From positions 1,950,001 through 1,982,000 of the forward strand of contig NZ_CP047960.1 of assembly GCF_014280195.1 (NCBI RefSeq): a stretch of 32,000 bases of DNA. Reading direction: 5' to 3'. The DNA is from Synechococcus sp. A15-24. GTDB lineage: Bacteria; Cyanobacteriota; Cyanobacteriia; PCC-6307; Cyanobiaceae. Below are positions 30,732-32,000 of the stretch, piece by piece; position 1 is the first letter of the stretch, and the number at the start of each line of letters is the position of its first letter. The notes under the pieces were generated by a model, which was not told the origin of the DNA, made no database searches, and saw only the letters and a program-made list of their open reading frames with translations. The translations under genes were made by a program, and so were the position numbers.

Positions 30732-32000
30732 TCCGCTGCAGCGGCAGGTGGCCGAGCTGCTGGTGGTGCGCGCCAGTGGCCACCTCGATGATCAACATCG
30801 TCGGTATCCCCAGTGGGAGCTCAGCAATGACGAACTGCAACGGCTGCTGAACGCCGGAGTTGGCGGGGTGATCCTGCTGGGGGGCAGCGCTGTGGAACTG
30901 CAGCAACGCACCCGGCAACTCCAAAGCTGGAGTGATCAGCAGCTGCTGCTTTGCGCTGATGTGGAGGAAGGCGTCGGTCAGCGGTTTGATGGTGCCAGCT
31001 GGCTGGTCCCCCCCCTGGCCCTGGGGCGGCTGCACCAGATCGACCCAGAACAAGCCATCGCCCTGGCGGAACGCTATGGCCACTGCACCGCAGACCAGGC
31101 CAGGCGCTGCGGCTTGAACTGGGTGCTCGGCCCGGTCTGCGACGTCAACAACAACCCGGCCAACCCGGTGATCAACGTGCGGGCCTGGGGTGAGGAACCC
31201 ACCACCGCCGGCGCCCTTGCCGCTGCCTTCCAACGGGGCCTGGCCCGTGGCGGTGTGTTGGGCTGCGCCAAGCACTTCCCGGGCCATGGCGACACCGCCA
31301 GCGATTCCCACCTGGACCTACCGGTGCTGCCCCACTCCCGTGAACGGTTGGAGCAGGTGGAATTCCCACCCTTCAGCGCAGCCATCGCCGCCGGCGTCGA
31401 CAGCGTGATGACCGCTCACCTGCTGCTGCCGCAGCTGGATCCCCAGCAGCCCGCCACTCTTTCAAGCGTCGTGTTGAGCGATCTGCTGCGGGGAGCGTTG
31501 GGCTTCAACGGCCTGGTGGTGACGGACGCCCTGGTGATGGAAGCCATCACAGCTCGCCATGGCCCAGCGGATGCTGCCGTGCTGGCCTTTGAGGCCGGCG
31601 CTGATCTGATCCTGATGCCCGCCGATGCCGATGCCGCCATCTCCGGCATCAGTCAGGCCATCGCCCAGGGACGCATCCCCATCCAACGGCTGCATGCCGC
31701 CCTCAGGCGGCGGCGCGAGGCGCTGGCCCGGGTGCAGCCGTCATCGCCTGGGCTCCCCTTACCCACCCCAGCGGAACGGGAGCTGGAACAGCAGTTGGTG
31801 ACCGCCAGCCTGGAACAGTCATTCACCGCGCCCATTCCCCCTGGCGAAGGCATCAACCTGATCCGGGTCGATGCCGCCTGGCCCTGCCCTGCTTTGAACG
31901 GTGCAGCCCCAGCCCTGCGTTTGCCGCAACAGCATGGATTCCGCAGCGTTGTGATTCACGGCCAGGGGGTCTCCCCCTGGCAGGACGACCCAGAGGCCCC
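30712..32000 (+). CDS. nagZ: Beta-N-acetylhexosaminidase (GH3, NagZ-like), 3' end outside window
   Basis: Not in the track (no stop within the window). I read ATG 30712 through 32000 without a stop. Motifs ...DVEEG..QR..., [12 protein letters not shown] and GLVVTDAL (nucleophile Asp). Overlaps the rbfA 3' end by 20 nt. Confidence 0.85.
   Translation, partial: MSCRPSDPLQRQVAELLVVRASGHLDDQHRRYPQWELSNDELQRLLNAGVGGVILLGGSAVELQQRTRQLQSWSDQQLLLCADVEEGVGQRFDGASWLVPPLALGRLHQIDPEQAIALAERYGHCTADQARRCGLNWVLGPVCDVNNNPANPVINVRAWGEEPTTAGALAAAFQRGLARGGVLGCAKHFPGHGDTASDSHLDLPVLPHSRERLEQVEFPPFSAAIAAGVDSVMTAHLLLPQLDPQQPATLSSVVLSDLLRGALGFNGLVVTDALVMEAITARHGPADAAVLAFEAGADLILMPADADAAISGISQAIAQGRIPIQRLHAALRRRREALARVQPSSPGLPLPTPAERELEQQLVTASLEQSFTAPIPPGEGINLIRVDAAWPCPALNGAAPALRLPQQHGFRSVVIHGQGVSPWQDDPEA

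Overview
High-GC (about 60-65% by hand counts) cyanobacterial chromosome, most likely a marine Synechococcus-type picocyanobacterium. Supporting genes are psbU, a 46-aa high-light-inducible protein, ycf33, a VKOR-thioredoxin fusion, and an rRNA operon with tRNA-Ile and tRNA-Ala in the spacer.

The window is almost entirely core housekeeping:
- + strand, left end: hrpB 3' end, hli, xseA-xseB and a DUF2834-like membrane gene.
- - strand: a complete rRNA operon (16S, tRNA-Ile(GAU), tRNA-Ala(UGC), 23S, 5S, terminator) at about 4.6-10.1 kb, preceded by a co-directional envelope block (uppP, DUF512 radical-SAM/PDZ, TolC-like, IMPase-family).
- Right of that block: psbU, nadB, VKOR-Trx, rimO, an MFS transporter and a B12-binding radical SAM enzyme.
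- Next: a DUF4346-like plus FemAB-like (COG3146) pair, a small low-GC islet with an RTX-repeat ORF, and a RibD_C-type reductase overlapping a fused double PTPS.
- Right end: aroK, a GST, ycf33, rbfA and a partial nagZ.

I found no CRISPR array, transposase, integrase, phage or recognisable defence genes. I do not see a clear-cut novel multi-gene system. The best candidates for follow-up are:
1. The low-GC RTX-repeat islet, whose repeat-encoding frame has no canonical start codon.
2. The uncharacterised radical-SAM / DUF4346 / FemAB-like neighbourhood.
3. The translationally overlapped double-PTPS plus RibD_C reductase pair.
4. An IMPase/SuhB-family gene that directly abuts the rRNA operon promoter region.

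All family names come from motif recognition and memory. No database search was possible. Many start codons (several TTG/GTG) are uncertain.
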